A model generated the notes under the pieces. The model was not told the origin of the DNA and did not search any database. It was given only the letters and a program-made list of their open reading frames with translations. A stretch of 64,000 bases of DNA from contig CAWCGQ010000001.1 in the NCBI GenBank assembly GCA_963795125.1, positions 407,024 through 471,023 of the forward strand, written 5' to 3'. Below, piece by piece: positions 18,939 to 28,488 of the stretch (position 1 is its first letter; every line of letters begins with the position of its first letter). Source of the DNA: an uncultured Acidimicrobiia bacterium. Its GTDB lineage: Bacteria > Acidobacteriota > Vicinamibacteria > Vicinamibacterales > UBA2999. Made by a program: the position numbers and the translations under genes.

Positions 18939-19967
18939 TCACTCCGCCAGCATCGCGACGGCAGACTGCACGTCGGCAGCATAACCATCGGCGCCAGTCA
19001 TCTGCCACTGGTGCTCGACGCGGAATGCCGCGCCGCCCACGACGATGCGCGGCGAGTGATCCAATGCGCGAACCGCGGCGACGAGGCCCGAAGCCTGGTG
19101 GAGGTTGAACAGCATGGTGACAGAGATCCCGAGCACATCCGGTTTGGCGTCTCGAACGGCGGCGATGATTGCCGGCAGCGGAAGGTTGCTCCCCAGGAAC
19201 TGCACGCGCCATCCCTGCGCTTCGAGCATGTCGCCCACCATCAGCGCGCCGACGTGATGAAGCTCCCCGGGGACACCGGTCAGGACGACCGAGCCCCGGT
19301 CGACATCCGGGCGTTCGATGCGCTCGAACAGCTGCGCCATCACGAACTGGGTCACGGCGGTTGCCATGTGTTCCTGCGCGACCGTAATCGCGTTTCGCTC
19401 CCACTGGCGGCCGACCTCGTAGAGGCCGTCCTGCAGGACGTCGCTGTAGACGGCTTCGATCGTCGCGCCGGTGCGCAGGGCTTCGGTCGCGATGGTCAGG
19501 GCCACTCGGCGATCGCCACGCACGGCCGCTTGCACGAACATCCGGCAGGTGAGCGCCAAGGGCCCGTCGGTTTGTCCCGTGGGCTGCTCGGCCTGTGGAT
19601 GTTCGTCGGGAAAGCACATGAAGCGGGCAACGACGTCCTGCTGTTCGTTGGACAGGAGTGCCGCTGCGGCATCCTGCACTTGCGATAAATTTTCGCGCAG
19701 AAAGCCCCGGTCGATACCGCGGGATTCGAGCACGCGTGTCGTCCACTGCACGTAGTCCTTGTAAGCTGCCGGCGAGTCGCTCTCGATTGCGGCGGCGAGA
19801 AACTGAATGTGGAACCGTGCGTCTTCGATCCCCGCCAGTCGCGCACGATCCCCGTAGCGCGCCACCCAGTCTGGATGACGTGTCAAGAACGCATCGGTGA
19901 CGGCCTCGGCGATATGCTGTTCTTCACGGCGCAGGGTACGGATCAAGGCAGAATTGCGGGAGATCAT
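18939..19967 (-). CDS. cobalamin (B12)-binding domain protein with N-terminal helical (globin/phycobilisome-like) domain
   Basis: ORF 18939..19967 (342 aa). Helical-bundle cap region (VYSDVLQDGLYEVGRQWERNAITVAQEHMATAV). Rossmann B12 region with GELHHVG (D/ExHxxG-type), ...GISVTM..., ...VVGGAAF. It ends 7 nt before the kinase start. Confidence 0.75.
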   Translation of the reverse strand: MISRNSALIRTLRREEQHIAEAVTDAFLTRHPDWVARYGDRARLAGIEDARFHIQFLAAAIESDSPAAYKDYVQWTTRVLESRGIDRGFLRENLSQVQDAAAALLSNEQQDVVARFMCFPDEHPQAEQPTGQTDGPLALTCRMFVQAAVRGDRRVALTIATEALRTGATIEAVYSDVLQDGLYEVGRQWERNAITVAQEHMATAVTQFVMAQLFERIERPDVDRGSVVLTGVPGELHHVGALMVGDMLEAQGWRVQFLGSNLPLPAIIAAVRDAKPDVLGISVTMLFNLHQASGLVAAVRALDHSPRIVVGGAAFRVEHQWQMTGADGYAADVQSAVAMLAE

Positions 19968-20048
19968 CAGTTCAGTGGGTGGAGCAGCGGCAGCCTCTAC
20001 AATGCCATCGCACCGCCGCGTTGTCCAATTGCCGGGACGCGTGAGTTC

Positions 20049-20993
20049 CTACTCCAGACCCGCCGCGGGCGGCACCGGCAGGCCGGCCGCCTGATGCCTG
20101 GCATTGACGATCTCGGAGTCCATCTCGGCGCCGATCAGGATGGCCAGCCCCGAGATGTAGAACCAGAGCAACACAATCATGATTCCCCCCACCGCGCCGT
20201 AGGTCGCGTTGTAGTCGGCAAACGACCGCACGTAGAACTTGAGGGCGAGCGAACTCACCAGCCACAGCGTGGTCGCGGTCAGCGCGCCGGGCGACAGCCA
20301 TACCCAGTCGTGATCGACATTGGGACCGAAGTGATAGATCAGGCCGATGGCGGTGGACACGAGCACGAAGGCCACGGGCCATTGCGCAATCTTCCAGGTC
20401 CACTCGAACGCCGTGCCGAAGCCAACCGTCTGCCCAAGATAGGTGGCGACCGAGGGGCCGGCGAGGATGAGGGAGAGCGACGTCAGCACGAAGAGCGCCA
20501 GCGAAAGGGTCAGCGCGATCGCGAGCAGCCGCATCTTCCACCAGGGCCGCGCTTCTTCCGCGTCGTACGCCTTGTTCAAGGTGTTGACGATGGCGACGAG
20601 CGCCGCCGAACTGCTCCAGATCGCACCGACCACTCCCATGGTGAGGATGCCGCTATTTTCGGAATCGCCCAGCCGGAGCATCTGGTCGCGGATGAATTCC
20701 CGCACTTCTACCGAGACAAACGGCGTCAGCAGCGAGGTCAGGTCGGCCGTGAGGTCCTGCAAGGGGAAAAAGCTCGCCACGGCGAGGAGGAAGAGCACCG
20801 CGGGGAACAGCGACAGGAAAAAATAGTACGCCAGCTGGGCAGCAAGGCTGAAACAGTCGTCGTCCAGCGTTTCGCGGCCCGTACGCTTGAGCAGTTCCCA
20901 CCACGAGATGGGCAGTGTGTACGCGGGTGGCAATGTTCGTCGCGTGGCGGGCAAAGTTCGGAACTGTCCTCTCGTGTGTGGCGATGAAGGCAC
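20049..20993 (-). CDS. YihY/BrkB family inner-membrane protein
   Basis: ORF 20049..20993 (314 aa). It has LAAQLAYYFFLSLFPAVLFLL and several TM segments ending in ...LLWFYISGLAILIGAEMD, typical of the YihY family. Confidence 0.8.
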   Translation of the reverse strand: MPSSPHTRGQFRTLPATRRTLPPAYTLPISWWELLKRTGRETLDDDCFSLAAQLAYYFFLSLFPAVLFLLAVASFFPLQDLTADLTSLLTPFVSVEVREFIRDQMLRLGDSENSGILTMGVVGAIWSSSAALVAIVNTLNKAYDAEEARPWWKMRLLAIALTLSLALFVLTSLSLILAGPSVATYLGQTVGFGTAFEWTWKIAQWPVAFVLVSTAIGLIYHFGPNVDHDWVWLSPGALTATTLWLVSSLALKFYVRSFADYNATYGAVGGIMIVLLWFYISGLAILIGAEMDSEIVNARHQAAGLPVPPAAGLE

Positions 20994-21141
20994 GTCTGCC
21001 CGCGATTAATGCAGGCTTCGGGCCGTTCTGGATTCTCGGTACGGTTCTTGCAGTCATTTCCACCTTCGTGAAAATGCGCCATTTTTCGGACACAACGCTG
21101 GGGGCCTCTTTGCACCCCCAACCCATCCCCCGAATGCCTGT

Positions 21142-24100
21142 TTGCCCGTAGTTCGCCGGGCCCTGCGCTGGGGCGGTCTCGCGATCGCGGTGGTGCTGCT
21201 TTTGACGGGTATCCTGCTGGCGCTCGCTCACTCATCGACCGGGCGCCGTTTCGTCGCATCGCAGCTCACTCGCATCCTGGCCGAGCAGCAGATCGAATTT
21301 CGTTCCGAGAACCTCAACTACAACCTGCTGGATCTCTCGTTCACCGTGCAGAACCTGACCGTCCGCAGCGCGGCCCGCCCGGACGCCCCGCCGTTCCTGG
21401 TGGCGGACCGACTGACCGCGGACATCGGACTCCTGGCGCTGTTGAGAGGCCGCTACGAAATCGAGTCGGGTCAGGCCTCGGGTCTCACCATCCACTATCT
21501 CGTCGAGGAAGACGGCCGCGACAACCTGCCGCGAACGCCGACCGACCCGAACGCGCCGAGCGAGCCGATCGATTTCCTGGTCGACGCCCTCCAGGTGTCG
21601 GATACCCGAGTGCGCTACGAGAACCGCGCGCAGCAGGTGGACGTGGTGATGCCCGTTGAGTCGCTGCTGGTCGACGGCAATCCGCTCACCGGGCGCCACG
21701 CCGTAGTCCTTCGCGCGAGCGGCGGCACCGCCCGCGCCCAGGGCCGGGAGGTGCGGCTTGATCGACTCACGGCCGACCTCAACCTGGGCGATGACGACGT
21801 CCGGTTCGAGACGGTGGCGCTTGAATCCGAAGGTTCGGGCGCCGAGCTCTCGGGCACGTTGACCGGCTTCGACCAGCCGACCCTCGATGTGCGCCTGCGA
21901 ACCGACCTGGACGTCGAACGCGCCGCGCGCCTCGGCGGCCTCGGCGATCCGGCAGGCGGCCGCCTGATCGTCGATGCAACCGCGACCGGGCTGATCGAAG
22001 CCCTGAAGGTGTCGGCTAAGATCTCGGGGCGCGAGCTGCGGTTCCGCGAGGTCGATCGGGTCGGGCTCGAGGCCGCGGCCCGCTTCGATGCGTCGACTGG
22101 AATGGCGGCGGCGGATTCCCTGAACATTACGGCGCCGTGGGGCGCGCTATCGGGCAGCGGCGTGGTCGCCACGAAAGACGGTGCCTCGCGTGTCAGCCTG
22201 CGCGCGGAGGGCGTCAACGCGGGTCAGCTGATGCGTGCGCTCGGGATGACGCAGACGGCGGCGACGCGCGTAAGCGGCTCCGTCGAGGCGCAGTGGCCGC
22301 TCCTCGACTATGCGCGGGCTTCGGGGACGGCCGACCTGTCGCTCGCGCCGACCGAGCGCCGGCCTTCGGCGTCGCGGATGCCGGTCGGCGGAAGAGTGCG
22401 GGTGCGGGCAGACGAGGGCCGCGTCGTCGCGCAGCTGTCCGGCGTGACCGCGGCCGGCGCGCGCGTCGATGGACAGCTGTCGCTTCGTGATCGGACCAAT
22501 ATTGGCGGCACGCTGTCGGCAGCCGTGCCGAGCGTTGCCGACACGACGGCGCTACTCGAAGCATTTCTCGGACGCCCTGCGGGCACGCTCTCGCCAGTGG
22601 CCCTGTCGGGGTCGCTCACGGCCGACGTGCGCGTGGGCGGCACCGTGTCCTTGCCGTCAGCGGCGGCGTCGATCTCGGCGCCGGCCCTTGGCGCCGGCGA
22701 TCTGAGAAATATCTCCCTGTCGGCCGAAGCCCGCTACACCACCGACGCCGTCGCGCTCGACGGTCTCGACATCGCCTGGGAGCACTCCCTTCTGAAGGCA
22801 TCGGGCCGCGTCGGCCTGACGGGCGCGCAGCCGATCGCGGCGCGCTTCGACGCGCAATCGCTCCGCATCCCCGACGTGCTGGCCGCGATCGGGCAAAGCG
22901 ACATTGCGGCAGGCGGCACCATTGCGATGAGCGGTACCGCCTCGGGCACCGTGGCTCGCCCGCGCGCGTCGGCCACTCTTCACGCCGTCGATCTGGTGGC
23001 GATGAACGAATCGCTCGGCACCCTCGAGGCCGGCGTCGATCTGGATGGCCGGCAGGTCACGATCGAACGGATGGTGCTCGACAAGCCTCAGCCCGGGACC
23101 GACGGTCAACTCACGGCGTCGGGCCACTACAACATCGACACCGGCGCTTACGATTTCACGCTCGACTCGCGCGACCTCTCGATCGTCGGATTGACGTTGG
23201 CCGACGGACGTCCGGTCCGCGGCGATGTCGCACTGAGCGGCGGCGGCGAGGGGACCACCGCCGACCCGGCCGCGCGACTCAAACTGGCGCTGACGGATCT
23301 TCGCCTCGCCGAGGACCTGCTGGGACGCGTCGAGATCAACGGTCAGGTCGCTCAGCGGGAAGCCGTGGTCGATCTCACCGCCGATCGATTCAACACCAGT
23401 GTGGATGCCCGGATCGGCATCGAGCAGCCCTATCCCACCACGCTCAAGGCGCGCTTATCGGGACTGGATCTCGCGGCGCTGCCCGTCCGCATCACCACGC
23501 CGCTCACCGGGACGGTAGTGGCCACCATCGATGCCGAGGGCGACCTTGCGGATGTGACCGGCGGTCGCGCCCGCGCCACGGTCACGGCGATGACCGGCAC
23601 ACTGAACGGGCAGCCGTTCGCACTGGACGGCCCCGCGGACCTGAGCTACGCGTCTGAACGACTCACGATCGATCGCCTGATCGTCACGGCGCGTGATTCG
23701 AACGTCTCGCTGAGCGGCTCGCTGCCGTTATCCGACACGGATGGTCCGGGCGTCATCAATCTCGATGCCCACGCCAATCTCGCCACGCTGGCCGAGTACG
23801 CGCCGCCGGAGACAGCGCTCGCGGCGCAAGGCGCGCTGGATATTTCCGGAACGCTACGCGGGACCTTCGCCAGGGTGGAACCCGACCTGACGCTGACGAT
23901 TGCCGACGGCTCGATCACCACCCCCGGCATGGCACCCGGTCTGTCCAATTTGTCGGCGCGCGCCCGCGTCATCAACGGTGCGGCATCGATCGAGCAGCTC
24001 ACGGCCAATTTCGGCGCCGCCCTGCTGGAATTGACCGCCCGACTGCCGCTCTCGCTCCTGCCGGAGCTGCCCGTGGCGATCCCGCGCGCCACCGGCGATG

Positions 24101-27100
24101 CACAGCTGACCGCTCGTGTCAGAGATTTCGATCTTGGCTCCGCCCCGGGGGCACCCGACGACCTGAGCGGCAAGATCAGCCTCACGGCCGACCTCTCGGC
24201 AGCGCGCCCCGAACTGCAGGCGATCACCGGTTCGATCTCGTTTCAGGATCTGTCGGTCACTTACCAGCGACTCGAACTGGCGCAGCAGGGTGTGTCCGCG
24301 GTGCAGCTCGCCGACGGCGTGGCGCGCATCTCGCAATTTGACCTGGCGGGTTCGGCCGGCAATCTCCGCGCGAGCGGCACCGTGGGGCTCAGCGACAACG
24401 CGCCGCTTGATGTCGCCGTCAACGGCGCGCTCGATGTCGGCGCGATCGGAAGCCTGAGCCAGGGCTTGCTGGCGGAGGGCAAGGCGGCGCTCGACATCGC
24501 CGCCCGCGGCACCTTGACCAAGCCGGACCTGAGCGGCTCCGTTGTGATGTCGGACGTCACCGTCGCGATGGACGATCCGGACATCGTGGTCGCAGGACTC
24601 GAGCTGCGAGCGGACCTGGCCGGCGATCGGATCACGCTGACGACGCTCGAAGGCGACCTGAACGGCGGCCGGATCTCGGGCGGTGGCGGTTTGGCAATCG
24701 GCAGCAACGGTCTTCGCGATGTCGACCTGCGCTTCACGGCGGACGACGTCGCCATGTCGGCGCCGCTGGATCTGCGCAGCCTCTCGACCGCCAACATCGA
24801 GGTCACCGAACGGGCGGGCAAAATCCTGGTCGGGGGCAAGGTCACGATCAAAGAAGCCGGCCTGACCGGCGACATCAAGATCGACTCCGACGTCATCGCC
24901 TCGCTCACCGGCCCGCGCACGCTCGACCTGACTGAAGAGCGTAACGAAACCCTGGAGCGGGTCGAGTTCAACGTGCAGATCGTCACCGATACGCCGATGG
25001 TGATCGACAACAACCTGGCCCGCGCCGAGGTCACGGCCAACTTGCGTCTGCTGGGGTCTCCGTACGAGTTTGGACTGTCCGGCCGGATGTCCATCCTCGA
25101 AGGGGGCGAGATCGTGCTGAACGAGCGAAGCTACCAGGTCGAGAGCGGCATGGTCACGTTCCTGGACGAGCGGCGCATCACCCCCTCGATGAACCTGCGG
25201 TTGACGACCTCCGCGAGCAACTACGACGTCACGCTCGCCGTCACCGGCGAACCGGGGAAGACCGAGACGAGCCTCACGTCGAGCCCGGTGCTGCCCGACA
25301 CGGACATCATGGCGCTGCTCGTCACCGGCCGGACGCTCGATGAGATGCGCGGCGAAGAAGGCGACGTGGCGAAGGAACAGGTGCTGTCGTACTTGAGCGG
25401 CCGCGTCGGGTCGCGCTTCGGACGCGGGTTGGAACGGGCCACCGGCCTCAGCGACGTGCGGATCGAGCCGAACCTGATCGCGAACGAGACCGATCCGAGC
25501 GCCCGGCTGACGATTGGCCAGGATCTGACCGACCGGCTGAAGCTGATCTACTCGACCGACCTCGCCGACAGCAGCGACCGGGTGCTGGCCGCACGCTACG
25601 ACGTGACGCGCCGGTTCCGGACCAACGCTGTCAACCAGAGCGACGGCAGCTACCGCTTCGACTTCCAGCACGATGTCCGCGCGGGCGGGCGGCCGGAGCC
25701 GGGCCGGCTGCCACGATCCCGGCCGACGATTTCCGCGATCGAGATCCCCGCGACCGACGGCCTGAGTGAAGCCGAGCTTCGCGAGCGGCTCGGCCTCGAG
25801 GTGGGGAAGGAATTCGATTATTTCTCGGCTCGCAAGGGCGTGGAACGGATCGAGAAGGCGCTCAGAGAACAGGGCCGTCTCGAGTCCCGGGTGCGCCTCG
25901 AACGCACGCCGACCGGCGACTCCGTCGCGATCGCATTGCGAGTGCGCTCGGGCCCGGTCGTGAACATCAGCTTCCTGGGCGTGACGCCGCCCTCGAAAAC
26001 TGCCGACGAAGTGACGCGTCAGTGGACGCGCGGGGTGTTCGACAACCAACGTGGCAGTGACGCGGCCGAGGCCCTGCGCGAGTGGCTCATTCGCGATGAC
26101 TACCTGGCGGCAAAGGTGGACTACCGAATAGAAGAAGCCGGCGCCGATGCGCGCCGGGTCGTCTTCACCGCGACCCCGGGCGGGCAGTTCGACACGGTCG
26201 AGACGGTCTTCGTTGGAGCGTCCGGCATCTCCCCGGATGTCCTCGACGACATCGTGGATGAGCAGAATCTCGAACTCGAGCTCTTCACCGACCCGGTCGT
26301 CGTGTCGGAACTCCTGCAGCGCTACTACCGGGAAGAGGGCTACCTGGTCGCGGAGGTCGACACCCCGCGCATCGAGTACGACGGCACCATCGCGCGGGCC
26401 GTGATCGCGGTGCGTGAAGGACCGAAGTTCACGGTGGGCACCGTGTCGGTGTCAGGGAACAGCGTGATCAACTCTTCCGTCTTGCTGGCCGACCTGCCGG
26501 TCGTGGCGGGGGAGCCGTTCCTGCCGCGGGCCGGCGCCAACGCGCAGGAACGCATTCGCGAGTTGTACTGGGATCGCGCCTACAACGGTGTGGACTCGGA
26601 CTACGAACTGCGGCCCAATCGGGACACCGGCCGGGTGGACGTCGCTTTCACGATCGAGGAGGGCCCCCAGTCGATCGTGGCCGGCGTGTTCATCGACGGC
26701 AACGACCGCACGAGCACCCGGCTGGTACGCGAGCAGGTGGCCCTCGAAACCGGCCAGCCGCTCGATCTGTCAATCCTCGGGCAGTCGCGTCGCCGGTTGT
26801 ACGACACCGGGGCGTATTCGATTGTCGACATCACGCGGACGCCGGTGACCGAGCCGGAGGCCGCCGCGCCGTCGCCCGAGTCTGCCACCAACGCCCCTGA
26901 GCCGCCGGCCGTGTCGGCGGGAGCCGAGAAGCCGGTGCGGCTTGATGTGGCCATCCGGGAGGTACAGCCGTTCCAGATTCGCTACGGCGCATCGTTCGAC
27001 ACGGAGAGCGGCCTCGGCGGCATTCTGGACGTGACCAACCACAATTCGCTGGGGAAGGGCCGCGAGATCGGCCTGAGAACGCGCTACGCGGCGAGACTGC

Positions 27101-27984
27101 GCGAGGCGCGGCTGTCCTTCGGCCAGCCCGCGTTGCGATATGCGCCGACCCAGACCTCGGGCAGCCTCTACTACCGCGAAGAGCGCAACACCGAAAGCGC
27201 CCTCGCCGATGCGTTCAACGTCGACCGCTTCGGCCTGTCGGTTCAGCGTGAGCGCAAGCTGAAGAACGCCTACGTCTGGAGCTACGGCTACCGCTACGAG
27301 CGGGCGCGCAAGTTCGGCGCCGCGGCCGACAGCCTGTTCGACAAGACGATTGCCGTCGCGCCGCTGACGAGCACCTTCACCCGCGAGGCGCGCGACGAGA
27401 TGCTCGACGCCTCGACCGGCTCGTTCACCGCGCACGCATTCTCGTTCTCCCCGAACTGGCTCGGGTCGGACGAGCCGTACCTGAAGTACTACGGCCAGTA
27501 CTTCCGCTACTTTCCGCTACGTGCGCCGGCGCGCAAGCGCTTCACCAACGAGATCCTGCGGCCCAGGTTCGTCTACGCGGTGGGCGCCAGGCTGGGTCTG
27601 GCACGCGGCGTTGGCGGGGAGGTGCCGGAGACCGAGAGCTTCTACGCCGGCGGCAGCACGACGCTGCGTGGATTCGAGCAGAACGCCGTCGGCCCAATCG
27701 GCCCGGATCGCATTCCGACCGGCGGCGACATGATGCTCGTGATCAACAACGAGCTCCGCTTTCCACTCGTCAGCATCGTCGACGGCGTCGGCTTCCTCGA
27801 CGTCGGCAACGTGTTCGACCAGGTCAAGGATTTCTCGTTCGCCGACATTCGCCGGACCGCCGGGGTGGGCCTGCGCGTGCGCACGCCGTGGCTGCTGATT
27901 CGCGGCGACTACGGCTTCGTGCTGGACCACCGGGCGGGTGAAGGACGAAGCCGCCTGTATTTCAGCATCGGCCAGGCCTTCTGA
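21142..27984 (+). CDS. single-ORF fusion: TamB/AsmA-like translocation-and-assembly protein (signal anchor + long beta-rich region + DUF490-like end) joined to POTRA repeats and an Omp85/BamA/TamA-type beta-barrel
   Basis: Uninterrupted 2280-aa ORF. N-terminal anchor LRWGGLAIAVVLLLTGILLALA. DUF490-like end ...PSARLTIGQDLTDRLKLIYSTDL...DGSYRFDFQHDVR (to about 25680). About 16-aa linker. POTRA-like units from ISAIEIPATDGLSEAELRERLGLEVGKEFD. Barrel ending ...FYAGGSTTLRGFE...GVGLRVRTPWLLIRGDYGFVL...RLYFSIGQAF*. Confidence 0.85.
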   Translation: MPVVRRALRWGGLAIAVVLLLTGILLALAHSSTGRRFVASQLTRILAEQQIEFRSENLNYNLLDLSFTVQNLTVRSAARPDAPPFLVADRLTADIGLLALLRGRYEIESGQASGLTIHYLVEEDGRDNLPRTPTDPNAPSEPIDFLVDALQVSDTRVRYENRAQQVDVVMPVESLLVDGNPLTGRHAVVLRASGGTARAQGREVRLDRLTADLNLGDDDVRFETVALESEGSGAELSGTLTGFDQPTLDVRLRTDLDVERAARLGGLGDPAGGRLIVDATATGLIEALKVSAKISGRELRFREVDRVGLEAAARFDASTGMAAADSLNITAPWGALSGSGVVATKDGASRVSLRAEGVNAGQLMRALGMTQTAATRVSGSVEAQWPLLDYARASGTADLSLAPTERRPSASRMPVGGRVRVRADEGRVVAQLSGVTAAGARVDGQLSLRDRTNIGGTLSAAVPSVADTTALLEAFLGRPAGTLSPVALSGSLTADVRVGGTVSLPSAAASISAPALGAGDLRNISLSAEARYTTDAVALDGLDIAWEHSLLKASGRVGLTGAQPIAARFDAQSLRIPDVLAAIGQSDIAAGGTIAMSGTASGTVARPRASATLHAVDLVAMNESLGTLEAGVDLDGRQVTIERMVLDKPQPGTDGQLTASGHYNIDTGAYDFTLDSRDLSIVGLTLADGRPVRGDVALSGGGEGTTADPAARLKLALTDLRLAEDLLGRVEINGQVAQREAVVDLTADRFNTSVDARIGIEQPYPTTLKARLSGLDLAALPVRITTPLTGTVVATIDAEGDLADVTGGRARATVTAMTGTLNGQPFALDGPADLSYASERLTIDRLIVTARDSNVSLSGSLPLSDTDGPGVINLDAHANLATLAEYAPPETALAAQGALDISGTLRGTFARVEPDLTLTIADGSITTPGMAPGLSNLSARARVINGAASIEQLTANFGAALLELTARLPLSLLPELPVAIPRATGDAQLTARVRDFDLGSAPGAPDDLSGKISLTADLSAARPELQAITGSISFQDLSVTYQRLELAQQGVSAVQLADGVARISQFDLAGSAGNLRASGTVGLSDNAPLDVAVNGALDVGAIGSLSQGLLAEGKAALDIAARGTLTKPDLSGSVVMSDVTVAMDDPDIVVAGLELRADLAGDRITLTTLEGDLNGGRISGGGGLAIGSNGLRDVDLRFTADDVAMSAPLDLRSLSTANIEVTERAGKILVGGKVTIKEAGLTGDIKIDSDVIASLTGPRTLDLTEERNETLERVEFNVQIVTDTPMVIDNNLARAEVTANLRLLGSPYEFGLSGRMSILEGGEIVLNERSYQVESGMVTFLDERRITPSMNLRLTTSASNYDVTLAVTGEPGKTETSLTSSPVLPDTDIMALLVTGRTLDEMRGEEGDVAKEQVLSYLSGRVGSRFGRGLERATGLSDVRIEPNLIANETDPSARLTIGQDLTDRLKLIYSTDLADSSDRVLAARYDVTRRFRTNAVNQSDGSYRFDFQHDVRAGGRPEPGRLPRSRPTISAIEIPATDGLSEAELRERLGLEVGKEFDYFSARKGVERIEKALREQGRLESRVRLERTPTGDSVAIALRVRSGPVVNISFLGVTPPSKTADEVTRQWTRGVFDNQRGSDAAEALREWLIRDDYLAAKVDYRIEEAGADARRVVFTATPGGQFDTVETVFVGASGISPDVLDDIVDEQNLELELFTDPVVVSELLQRYYREEGYLVAEVDTPRIEYDGTIARAVIAVREGPKFTVGTVSVSGNSVINSSVLLADLPVVAGEPFLPRAGANAQERIRELYWDRAYNGVDSDYELRPNRDTGRVDVAFTIEEGPQSIVAGVFIDGNDRTSTRLVREQVALETGQPLDLSILGQSRRRLYDTGAYSIVDITRTPVTEPEAAAPSPESATNAPEPPAVSAGAEKPVRLDVAIREVQPFQIRYGASFDTESGLGGILDVTNHNSLGKGREIGLRTRYAARLREARLSFGQPALRYAPTQTSGSLYYREERNTESALADAFNVDRFGLSVQRERKLKNAYVWSYGYRYERARKFGAAADSLFDKTIAVAPLTSTFTREARDEMLDASTGSFTAHAFSFSPNWLGSDEPYLKYYGQYFRYFPLRAPARKRFTNEILRPRFVYAVGARLGLARGVGGEVPETESFYAGGSTTLRGFEQNAVGPIGPDRIPTGGDMMLVINNELRFPLVSIVDGVGFLDVGNVFDQVKDFSFADIRRTAGVGLRVRTPWLLIRGDYGFVLDHRAGEGRSRLYFSIGQAF

Positions 27985-27990
27985 CCTCGT

Positions 27991-28488
27991 TCAGCGTTTG
28001 CCCTCGAGCTCGCTGATTAACGCCTTCATCTCGGCTATCTCGCGGCGCTGAGCCTCGACGATTTCCTCCGCCAGCTTGCGGACCCGAGGATCGGTGAGGT
28101 GCGCGCGTTCGCTCGTGACGAGGGCGATTGAATGGTGGGGAATCATCGCCTTCATCCAGGACACGTCTTCAACCGTCGCCTGGCTGCGCACGAGCCAGAG
28201 CGACACCGCGAAGACAATGATGCTGCCGCCGACGATGGCCAGGTTGGCGTTCGTGTTCTTGTACATGCCAGCCATGAAGCCGAGCATGATGATCGCCATC
28301 GCGGCTCCCATCACCAGCGCCATATAGGCACGGGTTTCGCTGAAGAAGACATGATCGAGCTGGTAGGTGTTCAGGTACATCAGCCCAAACATCACGACCG
28401 TCGACGTGACAATCATGGCGGCGAATCTGGGGTAACTGCTCATTTGGTGTCCCGTTCCAGGCGAGGCGTGGCCCTCATGGTGCGTCAT
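27991..28488 (-). CDS. membrane-anchored DUF305 family protein
   Basis: ORF 27991..28545. The likely start MTHHEGH at 28488 overlaps the msrA stop (ATGA). Three or four TM segments, then MKAMIPHHSIALVTSE, the DUF305 signature. Confidence 0.75.
   Translation of the reverse strand: MTHHEGHASPGTGHQMSSYPRFAAMIVTSTVVMFGLMYLNTYQLDHVFFSETRAYMALVMGAAMAIIMLGFMAGMYKNTNANLAIVGGSIIVFAVSLWLVRSQATVEDVSWMKAMIPHHSIALVTSERAHLTDPRVRKLAEEIVEAQRREIAEMKALISELEGKR

Noticed and set aside
20994-21141. Searched intergenic regions and the whole window for tRNA/rRNA-like structure, IS ends, integrase or transposase genes and toxin-antitoxin pairs
   Set aside because: I found nothing I could support from sequence. The only weak candidate (51525-51881, HicB-like) has no partner toxin ORF.
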